Source: Vermamoeba vermiformis
Taxonomy: Eukaryota
Direction of reading: 5' to 3'
Assembly: GCA_045837725.1 (NCBI GenBank)
Contig: JBEWZL010000220.1
Coordinates: 62,001-126,000, forward strand
DNA length: 64,000 nucleotides
Shown piece by piece: positions 39,276-51,100 of this stretch. Positions within the stretch are counted from its first letter, which is position 1; each line of letters starts with the position of its first letter. The position numbers and the translations under genes were made by a program. The notes beneath the pieces were generated by a model, which did no database searches, was not told the DNA's origin, and was given only the letters and a program-made list of their open reading frames with translations.

Positions 39276-40623
39276 AAATGATAACGCGAACGAAAGCTCG
39301 AACACTAATAACACCAACGCGCCTTCTGAAAACAATACAAACGTCGTCAAAACTGAGACGACAGGCGGTGAATCAGTTGGCAAAGAGAAGATTGATGGCA
39401 CCGATGCACGCGTGATGTCAAAAGAGGAAGAAGAGGACTTGGAGAATATGCGCAAAGAACGACAACAAGGCCGCAAAAGACACGGTGCATTCTATGCTGG
39501 CAATAGCAAGTCAAAGATCGGCTTGGATGCGAAGGTAAGGATGAATATTAGGTCCTTGAAAGAGAAATATTAACGCTGCTTTGTGTTGCAGGAAGAAATT
39601 CCCGAGGCCCCGTCATCATCCTCAGGAACAGTTGCATTTTCATCAGCAACGTTTATTTCAACGGACGGCCGCATCACAAAACACAACATTCAAACGCGTG
39701 TCAAGAACAAATCAAAGCGATTTATCATTGCCTTCGCAGACACAGTGGGACGACGTGCGAATATGGAGGACGACTTTTTTATCGGAGGTCAATACCGCGG
39801 CTCCAGCGACGAGGACTTTATTGCGATATTCGACGGTCACGCTGGCCCCGATGTCGCTCACTATGCGGCGTATCAGTTACCAATCACTATGCAAGAGATG
39901 ATGAAGAAAAACAACAACATTCAGCTCTGCTTCAAGAAGGCATTCTACGAAATCAATCAACAGCTCAAGCAGAAGAAGATTGTTGGAGGTACGACGGTGT
40001 TGTCGTGCTACTTCCACCAACAAGATCTCTACATTGCCAATCTCGGTGACTGCAGAGCTGTCGCGTTGAATGCTGACGGCAAGTCTGTGCGACTGACACG
40101 TGATCACCGTCCTGATGCCCCTGAAGAGCAACGTCGCATTGAAAAGCTCGGTGGTGAAGTGACAACAGCTGTCACCAAAGAAGGCAAGCTCGTCAGTCGT
40201 GTCAACGGTGTCTTGGGTGTCGCTCGTGCCCTGGGAGATTTTGATCTCGAACCGTTCATTAATGCCGAGCCTGAAGTCTTCGTATTCCACCCTCAATCTG
40301 AAAAGCACAACTTCAAAGCGATTGTCATTGCCTGTGACGGCTTGTGGGACGTGGTGAGTACTCAACTTTGCATTAACGACGTGTGCAGCAAATCTAACGG
40401 TCATATTTCACAGCTGGAAGATCAGGAAGCCGTAGATATTATTAGTCCTTATTTAAAAGACCACGAAGTCGAGAAGGCCTGTGCTCGTCTTCGTAATGTC
40501 GCTTATGCTCGCGGTAGTACAGACAACGTGACGGCAGTTGTGATTCAGCTGTTGGATCAAGAAGAGATTACTGCATTGAAAAAGAGTAATGGCGGCAAGT
40601 CTGGCTGGTGCTCGGTGTCGTAA
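38459..40623 (+). CDS. PP2C/PPM Ser/Thr phosphatase with long disordered N-terminus and C-terminal CaaX box
   Basis: RRANMED, IFDGHAG, ANLGDCR, LTRDH, LGVARALGD, ACDGLWDV, GSTDNVT; ends KSGWCSVS*. In-frame 60-nt intron at ~40354-40413. Start exon MSHSPHASS is inferred. Confidence 0.92.
39241..39276 (+). repeat. Coding (AACACG)n microsatellite encoding an Asn-Thr repeat
   Basis: Five perfect AACACG units plus AACACA read directly. Confidence 0.9.
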
Positions 40624-40834
40624 ATATCACCAATTGACACTTATATAATATTGCCCATGTATATAACTCCGTCACTTAATTACCGAAGCATCACTTCTCG
40701 AGATCAAACCACGATCTTGCAAACGTGATCCAACTTACCTTTCTAGCTATAATTGCCGCTGTATTTGTAACAAATACTTGTTTTGTATTGTAAATAAAAC
40801 GAATTACGTAAGCACTGAGTCGTACATGAAAGCG

Positions 40835-40842
40835 TCCCATAA
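40835..40842 (+). promoter_or_regulatory. DUSE-like upstream sequence element (TCCCATAA) for RNase MRP RNA
   Basis: WCCCAYAA match ~62 nt before the P1 5' strand of the MRP RNA; same spacing as at U3. Confidence 0.7.
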
Positions 40843-40896
40843 TCTCTGTGCTGCACTAAAAACACAAAAGCCGATCTCTGTCCTGCTTTTTATTTT

Positions 40897-41200
40897 GAAC
40901 ACCACGGCAAAGAATTACACTCGAAGCATACATACGAGATCCAGGCTCAGCCTGTTGATCCGCTGTTATAATGAGCTTCGGGGAAAGTCTCCGGACACTG
41001 GGGCAGAAAGTGTCAGCCTGTAGGGGCAAAATCCTACTTCTCTGCCGCTAAACCAAGACGCTCACCGTAGATGAGAAGAGTTTGGTAGAGAACTAGGCAG
41101 TTGGTCACAGTTAAAGTAATTGTAATTACTCTGTCTTGCTTCAACGTCGTGATGAGGCGAGATGGAGGTAACTCAACGGGGCTTACTCTTGCTGGTGTTC
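40897..41200 (+). ncRNA. RMRP: RNase MRP RNA
   Basis: CR-I GGGGAAAGTCTCCGGAC; MRP-specific P8 GCA-GAAAG-TGT (GARAG loop); CR-V AACGGGGCTTA pairing with CR-I (P4); P2 AATTAC/GTAATT; P1 GAACACCA..GCAA.GA pairing with TCTTGCTGGTGTTC. Confidence 0.92.
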
Positions 41201-41335
41201 CTCACGACATCTAATATTATAAAATAATTAACGGGGGTTTATGGGCGGGTTTCTATAATTAACAACACATTTACTAATTTTACAACAATTATCGGATCCA
41301 AAAATTCAAAAAATAATTATTTGGACGCCAATAAA

Positions 41336-41615
41336 TTAGGGCAAGTCAGTAATCTTTTTCTTTGGTGGAGGACCGCCAGCAACTTGAGATTTAGTCTGCT
41401 TTTGGTATTGGTCATCCGCGTGAGGGGTCCATACTTTTTCTTTCTTGCCCTACTCAATATCACCGTTAATATTTCCTTCTCATAATAGCAATACAAGATG
41501 TCTAGGAGTATCGTTGTCACAGTGTACTTACAGGAGGGGCGTTGGCTTCTTCGATCTTCTTTTCGAAGGTGCTTTTCAATTTGTTGGTGGATCCAGCGCG
41601 GTGCAAATCAGCCAT
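41336..41615 (-). CDS. Two-exon ~65-aa hydrophilic micro-protein, unknown function
   Basis: ACCATGG start context; MADLHRAGSTNKLKSTFEKKIEEANAPP, GTAAGT...TAG intron, then GKKEKVWTPHADDQYQKQTKSQVAGGPPPKKKITDLP*. Confidence 0.65.
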
Positions 41616-41777
41616 GGTGGTATATTGCGCACAAGTAAGATTATTATTGACAATCTAGCGAGACAGCCATCAATAACGTTCAATCTCGGTAAATTTCTCG
41701 CTAGAAAGATTCTCTTGTCAGTTGCAATTCAGGCAGGGGTGACTTTGTACAGGGTAGTTTATGAACAGTTAATATGG

Positions 41778-43233
41778 CTAGTATTTGGACATTACAGTAT
41801 AATTAATGAAACGGTCGTAGATAAAGTTAGGCAATACTGCTGCGACCTTCATCAAGCCGTGCTCCATCGGGAATGGGAAGCCATAGTGGCCTTCATAGAA
41901 TGCATTAATACGATATATTAATTGGGTATACTAGTATTATGGTACTCACTCTTTTGTGCTGCAATGCCGTGGATAATGAAATTGACTGCCGTAGTAAGAT
42001 CCATCAGGAATGGAACTGGATGACCTCCTTGGTCCTAATACGGCAAGTATATGAATATTGTGATCAAGTGACATAATATCGCTAATTACCAATAAAGAAG
42101 TGCTAATAAAGCCCGGACAAATGTCGGTCACTTTGATCCCATTGTGAATGTTCTCGCAGCGCACTGACTCGAGATAACGACTTAGGCCCGCTTTAGTGGC
42201 ACAATATATGCTTCCTTTAGGCAAGCCTCTGAATTTAAAATTATTGTTAGTACGTGGGATCTAAGCCAGTACAAACGGTCAGATCCAATTTTCTAATGTT
42301 AATAAATGCTTATTATGTTATTATTTCCGATATTAGTATATAAAATATGAACTTACTTGTATCCTGCCACGCTAGAAATGCCTACAACGTGTCCACTCTT
42401 GCGCTCAACCATATCGGCCAAACAGCAGTTGATTGTCACTATTGCGCCAGTTAAATTGGTCATAATGGTCTTTATAGTATTATAATCAGTTTACGCGCAT
42501 AAAGTGATAATAGTGATTAATTTAGCGACTTACTTGTTGAATTTCTTTCGCGGACAGCTCGGCGGCAGGTGCTACTGTGTGTGTCATGCCTGCATTCGCT
42601 ATAACAATGTCTACTGGTCCTCGCTCGGATTTTAACTGAAATATGGGCATAATATTAGCTTAGTATTCTCATTGCGACGTTAATGAAAATATTAATGAGT
42701 TGTGGATCCAATAAATATTAGTAAAAATGAGGTACTTATTGAGTCCACTCGTACCTTCTTATATGTGGCTTCAATTTGATCTATTTTGGTCACATCTAAC
42801 GGATAATATTTGGCTTGACCGCCGGATCTGTTCAATGAATCGCATAATTTCTTCAGCTGGTCTTCTTTACGTGCACTCAGTGACAATACGGCTCCATATT
42901 TAGCAAATTCATAAGCCAAGCGTTCTCCAATGCCTTGTGACGCACCAGTAAGCCTACAAATAAATTTAATTAGATCCCGCATGTTGGATCCAATTAAGCG
43001 ACCGGGAATATTTTGTCTACCAATGCCATAAATATTAACTACACATACCATACGTGTTTTCCTTTAAAGTAAGCCTTTGGGTCGACACGTCGCTTGAGGA
43101 TCTACAAAATAAATTAATGTTAGTTTTAATTTCAACTACGTCTGCAATTAATTCTCCGTACGGTATTAAATAAATATATATGAGCTAAATTACTACAATG
43201 AATAACGAATTTAATTATGCAGAAGAGACACAT
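41778..43233 (-). CDS. Short-chain dehydrogenase/reductase (DHRS7-like), multi-exon
   Basis: TGASQGIG, IANAG, VGISSVAG, catalytic YCATK, ICPGFI; last exon HYGFPFPM...SKY*. Start position uncertain. Confidence 0.88.
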
Positions 43234-43438
43234 GGCGTGACCAGATCTGCACCCGTTATTCAATTAAAGATGATGAACTTACGCTCATGCCTCTCGTGTA
43301 TTATAATTAGTTGCTAGTATTGTGCAGTGTATAGAGGTGTTAAACAACTAATCGATCTATTTTTATCGTGCACGTAATTGCGTGTAAGAGGTCAGCTAAT
43401 TTTCAACTCACCAAAATAAGAATAACACCACTATTACT

Positions 43439-44898
43439 ATGGCAGGTCGCGGTGCTCGTCCTCGCAAAGTGATTCCTAATCGCGAGTTCATTGAAGTGCA
43501 AGAGAACATGCGGCTGTTGAAGTTGTTTCCAGATGCACTTGAATTGCGCGACCATTTTATGCATTTGAGAGTTAAGGCGGATGAAGGAAAGACTTGGATC
43601 AATCAAGGTATGCATTGGACTATTAAATAAGATTATTTGGAATATTAAATTAATATCTTGACAGAAAAAAAGCAAACTCGTCGGATCCCGCTTCCAAATG
43701 GGGGTTGGTACGTATTATTAGCACTAAAAATCATGTAAAATATTCTTAAATGCGTATAATAGGTTTCAAGGCGAAGAATTAGTTAACAATAAACGAAACG
43801 GCTACGGTATTTACTCAGATCTGAACGGCAATCTCTATGAGGTAAGTAATATCTCAATTAATCATATAGTGCATGTAATAACATATTATTAAGGGAGTAT
43901 GGGTCGATGATAAGAAGAGCGGTCACTTTCACGTAAGATCTGAAGCGCGTACTGGATTGTTCTTCACTCATTAACTCGCTTAAATACGATTATAGTGCTA
44001 TTACAAGAACGGAGAGAGATTCGAAGGGCAGTTTGAGAATGATAAGAGGAATGGTGAAGGAGTTCACTATTATCCTGACGGTTCTCAAGTAAGTTTATCA
44101 GATCCGACTCAAACTCCAGTAAAGGCGCTAACAAATTGGTTAATAGTACAGTGGTGAATATATAAATGACTATAGGCACGGTGTAGGCTTTTATTTCTCT
44201 GCAGCTGAGTTTTATACGCTACAAAAGGTATGCTGTTCGGATCTGCTAGAATTTAATTGAATACTTACCGTTACATTCAGATGCACTTTAGAAAATACAA
44301 CGAGGGACAGTTAATAGAAGAATATGAAGTATATACTGCGTAAGTTTGAACGGATCCACACAGTTCTATTGGAATACATATTTCTCTTTAGACAACAACG
44401 TTACAATGAGCGGCCAGTGAATGGATTTGGCACGATAATTGACGTCTCAGGCAACAAATACGAAGGCGACTTTATCAACAGTAAGAAGTAAGTTTTATGA
44501 ATTGAGAAGCTCCGGATGTACCTTGAATATTCGCTAATATTTGTCTAGGCACGGTAAAGGCAAAGTGACCGCGCCCAATGGCGATGTATTTGTCGGCGAG
44601 TTCATTGAGGACCAACGACACGGCCTGGGCATGTTAAAAACAACAGCGGGCAAGTACTATTATCAGAGCTGGCACCACGATGACTTGGAGTATGGTACGA
44701 CACTGCAATTATAGTGCTCATATTAGTATATATTATATGGGCTAATGATGACGCAGAGAATGAGACCGACAAACACAACTTTGAAAACTACTTGTGGTAC
44801 GATGGTAGGTGTCACTCGTGTCATTCAGTGCCTGACAGTACGCGGGTATTAACGCTCACTTACCAAATATAGAAGGTGGATTCAGCTCGCACAACTAG
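43439..44898 (+). CDS. MORN-repeat protein, many short exons
   Basis: Repeats such as GYGIYSDLNGNLYEGVWVDDKKSG, FEGSFENDKRNGEG, YEGDFINSKKHGKG and FVGEFIEDQRHGLG. Confidence 0.85.
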
Positions 44899-45372
44899 GC
44901 ACGCAAGATTGCAAATATAGTTTGGAGGTAGTTATTAATCGTTGTGAAATACCGTCTATACCTCAAAGGCAAGCACGTGCTTCAATTGATCGAGAACTGA
45001 TTGGTCATTACACTCGGCACATTATATTACACCATAGATGTGCTGCTTGGACACATCAAGCGTGGCAGTAAATAATGACGTCATGCATGATAAATACATT
45101 GTAGATTTTTGGTAATTTATTGCTAGTTGGCCTGTTGTGCTTTTGTGAGCTATTGGTGGTCATAACTGAGAGTCAAGAGCGCTCAAATTCTGCCAGTAGA
45201 CCTGATGGCATCCACTTAGATGCATGCACAAGTGTCGCGGTATCTATTGAAGTCGTTGGTCTTTCTGATGGATTAGTGCGTGAATTGAGAGCACAACTTG
45301 AGCAGAGGAAGCACGTCAAATCGACCAAGTAAGCAATCTGCTGTCCTTCGTGCTGCAGTTTTTTGTCGTGAA

Positions 45373-47156
45373 TTAATTCTTTGGTGCAAATATTAGATAG
45401 ACTAAGAACAGAACACGTTAGTCTTAATGACAGGTTGCAGCAGGTTATGATCTTGAGTACCTGTAACTAATATGGCAACAAGGAACAACATCACCACAAC
45501 AATGAATATCTTGGTGGACCTCGTCGGATTGATGGAACATTGAATTGGATGCCACCGGCCCATCGGATGTCCTGCGCATAACTTGTCAGTGACCGCACAA
45601 ATAGATCGTATCGCGCACTCGTACCTGGCTTCACTTTGCTATCAAATTCCTCGATTTTGATTCTCAGTTCGCTGATCTGATTCACCAGTGCTTGTCGTTC
45701 GTTTGGATCATAGTTCAAAGCTTGCAGTTGACGTTGTTTGTATCCGTCTAGTCGCGCAACAGCCATCTTGCTCTCGTCCTCTTCGTAGTCACCAATCTTC
45801 TTGCGAATAGACAGCCACACAATCACGTCGTGGAGTGTCATGCGCATCGCAACTAAATCTCCTTCGGACTCTTTCTGCTGATTGGCCAATTGTTTCACTG
45901 CTTGAATCAACACAGGCACCATGTCAGAATAATTGACAGACAGGTACCCGTTCTCTTCTTGTTTGACTGCTTCAGGGAACACTTCTTGGACTTGTTGCGC
46001 GATCAATCCCAGGACTCGCTCACGATGATCCAAGCCCTGCACGATAATATTTGATAAGTCCTCTTAATGCTATCTTGTGACAGTACGTACTGGTAGAGTA
46101 TCGGGCTTCCACTGATATCGCACACCTTGGAGTTGTGTCACCATTTGCAGCGCATCGACGATCTCCTCGATGTTGGTTTTGAGCCTTAGATCGGAAAACT
46201 GATGGAATGAATAGGCACGCACAGAGCCTTCAAGATCCGAGTCAGTCGCGCAAAGTGTCAAAAGTTGACACGCGTCACTTACCGTGCACGTCTAATGATG
46301 TCGGCATGACAATCGGGGACGGTTGAGACGTGTTGGAGTTGTTCTCTGAATGAGGACTGTGCACTGGCGATGGCTCAGCACTCAAATTGGGGGCAATGAG
46401 CTCCTGACCAGCGTCTAATCTGCGCTTCTTTTGTGCTGGTTGTTGCGCCGTCGAGGACTGCGAGTGCGATGTTTTAAATGTAACTGAGCGACACTCTAAT
46501 ATAGTTCCCAGGTAACTCGCTACTTCGACACGAAAGTAAATAGAACTTGATGTGTTAGTGGCTGCAATGAGCTGAAAATCGACCGTGGCTTGGAACTGAA
46601 CTGTGCGGTTGTCAGATCCGGATCCTTCAAATCAAACTAAACCTACCTGGATTGGCGTTCACTTGACTCACGGCAATATTTCCTAATTTTACAGAGTATT
46701 CTGTTGACAGTTCTGGCTTTTCGGTTAGATCGGCATTGATTATTGACACATTTAAAGATCTCCAATCGCACTCCATAAGCGTCATAATTGATAGCCGTAA
46801 ATGTTTGCCTCTACCATAAACTACGCGTATTGTGTCACCATCATTGATTTGCTCGTACGCTCCTTTTGCTTTTCTAAAAAAAACGATTAATACGTAAATA
46901 TGGTCAGAGTTACAATAAATACGTCAAATATACTTCAATATTCCTTCCATATTTTTCTTAATTTTCATTCTTACTTTGGGCGGTGAAGTAAAATTGTTCG
47001 GATGGGATCAAGTGTATGCGCAACTTCAATGGCATTATTGCTCGTCGCAGGAATATTTTCGTGATTATTCGGCCATTCTAATTCGATGTTGTCCTCAGGC
47101 GAAGAACTGCCGAAAATACTGTCAATTTCATCTGCTTCCAAGATGTCAAAAGACAT
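45373..47156 (-). CDS. MYRF/MrfA-like protein: beta-rich N-terminal domain, NLS, peptidase S74 intramolecular chaperone/autocleavage domain, coiled coil, C-terminal TM
   Basis: Spliced LDVHGSVRAYSFHQF-SDLRLKTNI...LQGVRYQWK...GLIAQQVQEVFPEAV...LSVNYSDMVPVLIQAVKQL is an S74 domain. Upstream PAQKKRR. Spliced tail KIFIVVVMLFLVAILVTVYLIFAPKN*. Confidence 0.85.
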
Positions 47157-47442
47157 GGTGGACTATCGTCGTCAAATAGATGTGGTAGTAAAATAAAAGC
47201 ATGACCGACATCGCTTGTGTGGTTGATAGCCCGCGAAAGTTCGAAATTAGAAATTGTGAGCGATTTCTGTGTGGACCAATCAGGAGCCGACGATTGTAGT
47301 GTGGATTGGTCCTTTCGATATCGTTTTGCGCAAAACATAAGCAAGAAATAATGCAAGTTCAATTAAAATTGATCTTTATTTCAATTCGTACAAGAAATCT
47401 CGGTGGATCTTTGTACTCGTTCAAGCACACAGAGGAGCAGGT

Positions 47443-47877
47443 CTACTTGATGTTAATGCGCTTAGCACCAGTCTTCTCTTTCTTTTGGATCTTCGGCAGA
47501 GTGACTTCAAGCAAGCCATGATTGTACGTGGCTTGAATCTGCTCGGCAGTCACTCCTTCGGGCAAACTCATTGAGCGAGAGAACTTGCCGTAGCTACGCT
47601 CGACGCGGTGATACTTCTCGTTCTCTTCCTTCTTCTCTTGTTGCTTCTCGCCGCTAATGGTTAAGACGCCATTGTCGACTTCAATGTTGATCTGATCGCG
47701 CGGCACACCGGGCAACTCGGCGCAGAGCACAATGGCATTGTCGGTCTCTTTGACATCGACTTTAGGGCGCCATTGGCTCATCATTCCACCCTTCTCTCCA
47801 AGGAACGGATCGAAGGACGACAGACGTGTGTCGAACACATCTGCGAAAGGATCGGCTAAAAATCGAGCAAGACTCAT
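47443..47877 (-). CDS. Small heat-shock protein (HSP20/alpha-crystallin), intronless
   Basis: PKVDVKET, AELPGV, VLTISGEK, HRVERSYGKFSRSMSLP, ATYNHGLLEVTLPK. Confidence 0.96.
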   Translation of the reverse strand: MSLARFLADPFADVFDTRLSSFDPFLGEKGGMMSQWRPKVDVKETDNAIVLCAELPGVPRDQINIEVDNGVLTISGEKQQEKKEENEKYHRVERSYGKFSRSMSLPEGVTAEQIQATYNHGLLEVTLPKIQKKEKTGAKRINIK

Positions 47878-48147
47878 TGTTGATTAGTGCTTAGTTGTTG
47901 AGTGTAGTATTGACGAATGATGAAATAATCGAGCGATCCAGTTTCAATTTATGTCTGTCGGTCTGCAGAAAGTCAACAGATAATTCTTTTTTTCCTATTG
48001 GATCTCAGTGAAAAGCAGAACTTGACTTGATTTGGATAAGTTGGCAAAATGCAACGATTATTGCAATATATATCAACGAGAAAATTTGCACTATAAAAGT
48101 GAATTTACATGTACGTCGCGATATTTACAATTTGGTTGGATCTTACA

Positions 48148-51100
48148 TTAGTGCGTGAGGCTGTAACACTTTTCATGAACGGGAACGCTTGCGTAGTGTT
48201 GGCTAGGGTGCGAGATAAATATTTTGGTGCCATTCGACTCTGACATTGGCAACATGCATTGAGCGCATCTGAACGAGGTCAATAAACAGCGAATTAAGTA
48301 AACTATTCTTGACTTACTTGTGCGTAGTCAAATTAGTGCTGACACCCCAATGCACATTTGCTTCCTCAAAATAGGCAGGAGAGTGCTCCACATATTCAAA
48401 ATTAGGTTCATCCTGGCCCTAACAATCAGATCATAATTAGTACTGGATCTAATTTCGTGGTCACGAACAATAATTCGTACATTAGCTCCAATAGCAACAA
48501 ATGGCAAGTCCACATTGAGGTCATTCACTTGCGAGTCCACTTCATGATTGAACACTTCCGCGAAGGGTGCGCCGAGAGCAGCGGAACGCACAGACCAGAG
48601 GTGCGAGTCTAAGACTTCGAGACTCTCGCGGACAATGGGCAACTTGGCCCACACTTCAGCACGTGTTTCAGTCAGCACTGCACTGAAGAACGAGGCAGGC
48701 AGTTGTATTTGTTGATCTTTGAGACAGGTCTGGAGCACATTGACAGCTGTGCGAGGACCGAGGGCTGTAATGGCACGGTGAGCTGCGAACAAGAGGTTGA
48801 TTCGTCGCGCTTGGCTGCTTGGTTTGTCATCGTTCGAGGTCTTGTGTGGTGCCAATACCGCGCGGATAAGGTGCGTCCAATTCGCGGGTGTCGAGGTTAC
48901 GGGGTTTTTGACGAGCACGTTCTCGAACTCATCAAAGTCATCGAGTTCAACGATCAAAGTAATTAAGTCTTCGTGCTTCTTGTTATTCAAAAGCATCAAT
49001 TTCAAGCCCTTGATGAAGCCATGTTCGCGTGTCAAGTCTTCTGCGACCTTCGGGTCAAATTGATACTTGTTCGAATGACCTAAAATCTTCATCAACGAGT
49101 AGCTGTTGCTCCACTCAACTTTTAAAGTATCGGCACGGAGTTTGTTATTGTCATCAAACAACTGCGAGTGATTGGGCGGATCTTCAACGATGAGCTCTTT
49201 CAACAGAGCATGGACTAGTGCAGCATCTCGACGATGAATCTTGCGTTCCTTTAACAACTTCTTCAAGTATTGCGACTTGTTCGCTTCCCCAATGTTCTCA
49301 AGCACGAGTGATGGCAAGAGCTCGTCAGATCTGTTGACCAAAACTTGAATTGTTGCTGAGGCATTCTTGGCCAACAACACCTCCATATTTCGAAGTAATA
49401 AGGACCATTGCTTGTGATTTTCTATTTGCTGCAAGGCATCGCCGAGTGCATCGCTTTGAATCTTTTGTTGGATCTGCTTTCGCAATTGTGCTTCACGAAT
49501 AGAGCTCGTGAGTACTAGGTCCTCGCTCACTTGTTGCTCTGCTAGCTTAGCTTCATACGCTGCAAGTAGCTGTGAGAAATGTTCTTCACCACGGCGGTCA
49601 AGTTTAGCCAACACCGATTGAGCTTTAGATTGCCACGTGTAGAGATAGACCTCGTTGTAGTTGAACAATCCCCAGTAGTTCTCGATGAAGTTGTCCATGA
49701 GGTCTGATTCATTGATACTTGTAGTGTCGTTAAATGCCTTGTATCGGTAGCACTCTGTTAGCAACAGTTCGATTGATTTCTTCGACACAAAAGCCAGTTC
49801 AACAGGGGCCGTGTTAACGACGCCATTCTCATTTCCATTTTCTTGAGCCTTCTCCTCTTGTTTCAAGAACAGTTTGTCGTTGTTCGATGTCAAGTCAATT
49901 AACTGTCTCAACTCGTTGTCAAAGTACTTCAACCATTGCCTCAACAACGGTGTTAAGACAGCTGCTCTACGTTGCTCGTTGTCGCTCTGGTGTTCTGACC
50001 GTGTGACATGTGACGTTGCAATGCTCGTTGATAGCGTGGTTGACTTGCTTGGAAGAACCAAATTGGTCGGTTTTCTTCTCAAAGCATTGACCTTCTCCGT
50101 GACAAATCGTGTCTTGACATCTTCAATTTCTATGGCCTTGGGAGCCGCAGGTTCAGCAACTGTTTTGTCCTTGTCTTCTTTCTTCTTCATCGTGCCAGTC
50201 TTGAAAAAGTTCTTGAGCTCGTCGAGGCCTTTCGCAGCCTCGGGTAGAATTTCCTCTTTGACTTTATCGCGCAGTTGATCCGTGAACTTCTGCAGATTGA
50301 ATTTATCTTTCTTTTCAGGCTCTTTTTTCTCTGGAACGGAGACGGCAGCGGCTGGGAACTCGGTAGCAGGAACAGTTGGCTGCGTATCACTATCTTTTGA
50401 TGGTTGAGCTGTGGTAGGAGTGGAAGTGCCGTTAGCAGTAGGATTGGATTGCGTATTATTGGACTGTGCTTGTGGAGGTGCTGGTGGGATGATTGAATCC
50501 AAGATGTTATTGAACACTTGTTGCACTTTCTCTTTAGTCTGTTGAGGCTGTTTGTCGGTAGTGCTCGGTGTAGGCGTTGGGGCAGGTTGGGTAGTATTAG
50601 GGCCGGGCTGATTGGGCGTGGGCAAAATCGAGTTCAAGAAGTTGTTGAATGAGGACTTGGTGCCTGTTGAGCTATCTACTCGTGGTACTGCAGGCGTGGA
50701 GGGCTGAGAACTCGATAAAGGAGTTGGATTCGTCGTGTCTTTCTTGGGCACAGCAGGACTGATATCTTTGCTGCTGAATGCTGTTGAGGGGGCTGACTTG
50801 GGCGTGTTTCCTTCGCTCAAAGACTCGAACACAACGGGTGTTACTAAGCGGGGCAATGACAGGCACACGCGGCTTTCTTCCTTTCTTCAATCGTGTTTTG
50901 TGCACGACAAGTGGATTGTCAGACAAGGCCTCGTTAGAAGTCACTGAGCTTGTCATTCTATCTGAACTGTCGGTGCTGTCAGGCGACGAAGACATGACTT
51001 GTTCTTTGGGCAATTGGATGCCACTGGACGAGGGAGAGGGCGAGGGACTAGAGTTCATCGACGAAGCTGAAGAAGGGAGCTCTGGATCTTTCGTGAGTGA

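Noticed and set aside
38775-39476. 233-aa hydrophobic antisense ORF with FVFVFV repeat
   Set aside because: It is the mirror of the Lys/Asn/Thr-rich PP2C exon, not an independent membrane protein.
35777-41246. Extra DUSE-like GCCCATAA sites on the minus strand at 35777 and 41239
   Set aside because: The first base deviates from WCCCAYAA and no structured RNA is recognisable ~60 nt downstream; the second would point antisense into MRP.
45170-45400. Open frame downstream of the S74 gene as an alternative luminal C-terminus
   Set aside because: It is out of phase with the acceptor at 45402-45403, whereas the in-phase reading completes the TM and stops. It cannot be excluded without cDNA.
45900-46230. 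S74 domain as a prophage or viral tail-fibre remnant
   Set aside because: The domain is split by spliceosomal introns and embedded in a gene with an NLS and TM; no other viral genes are nearby.
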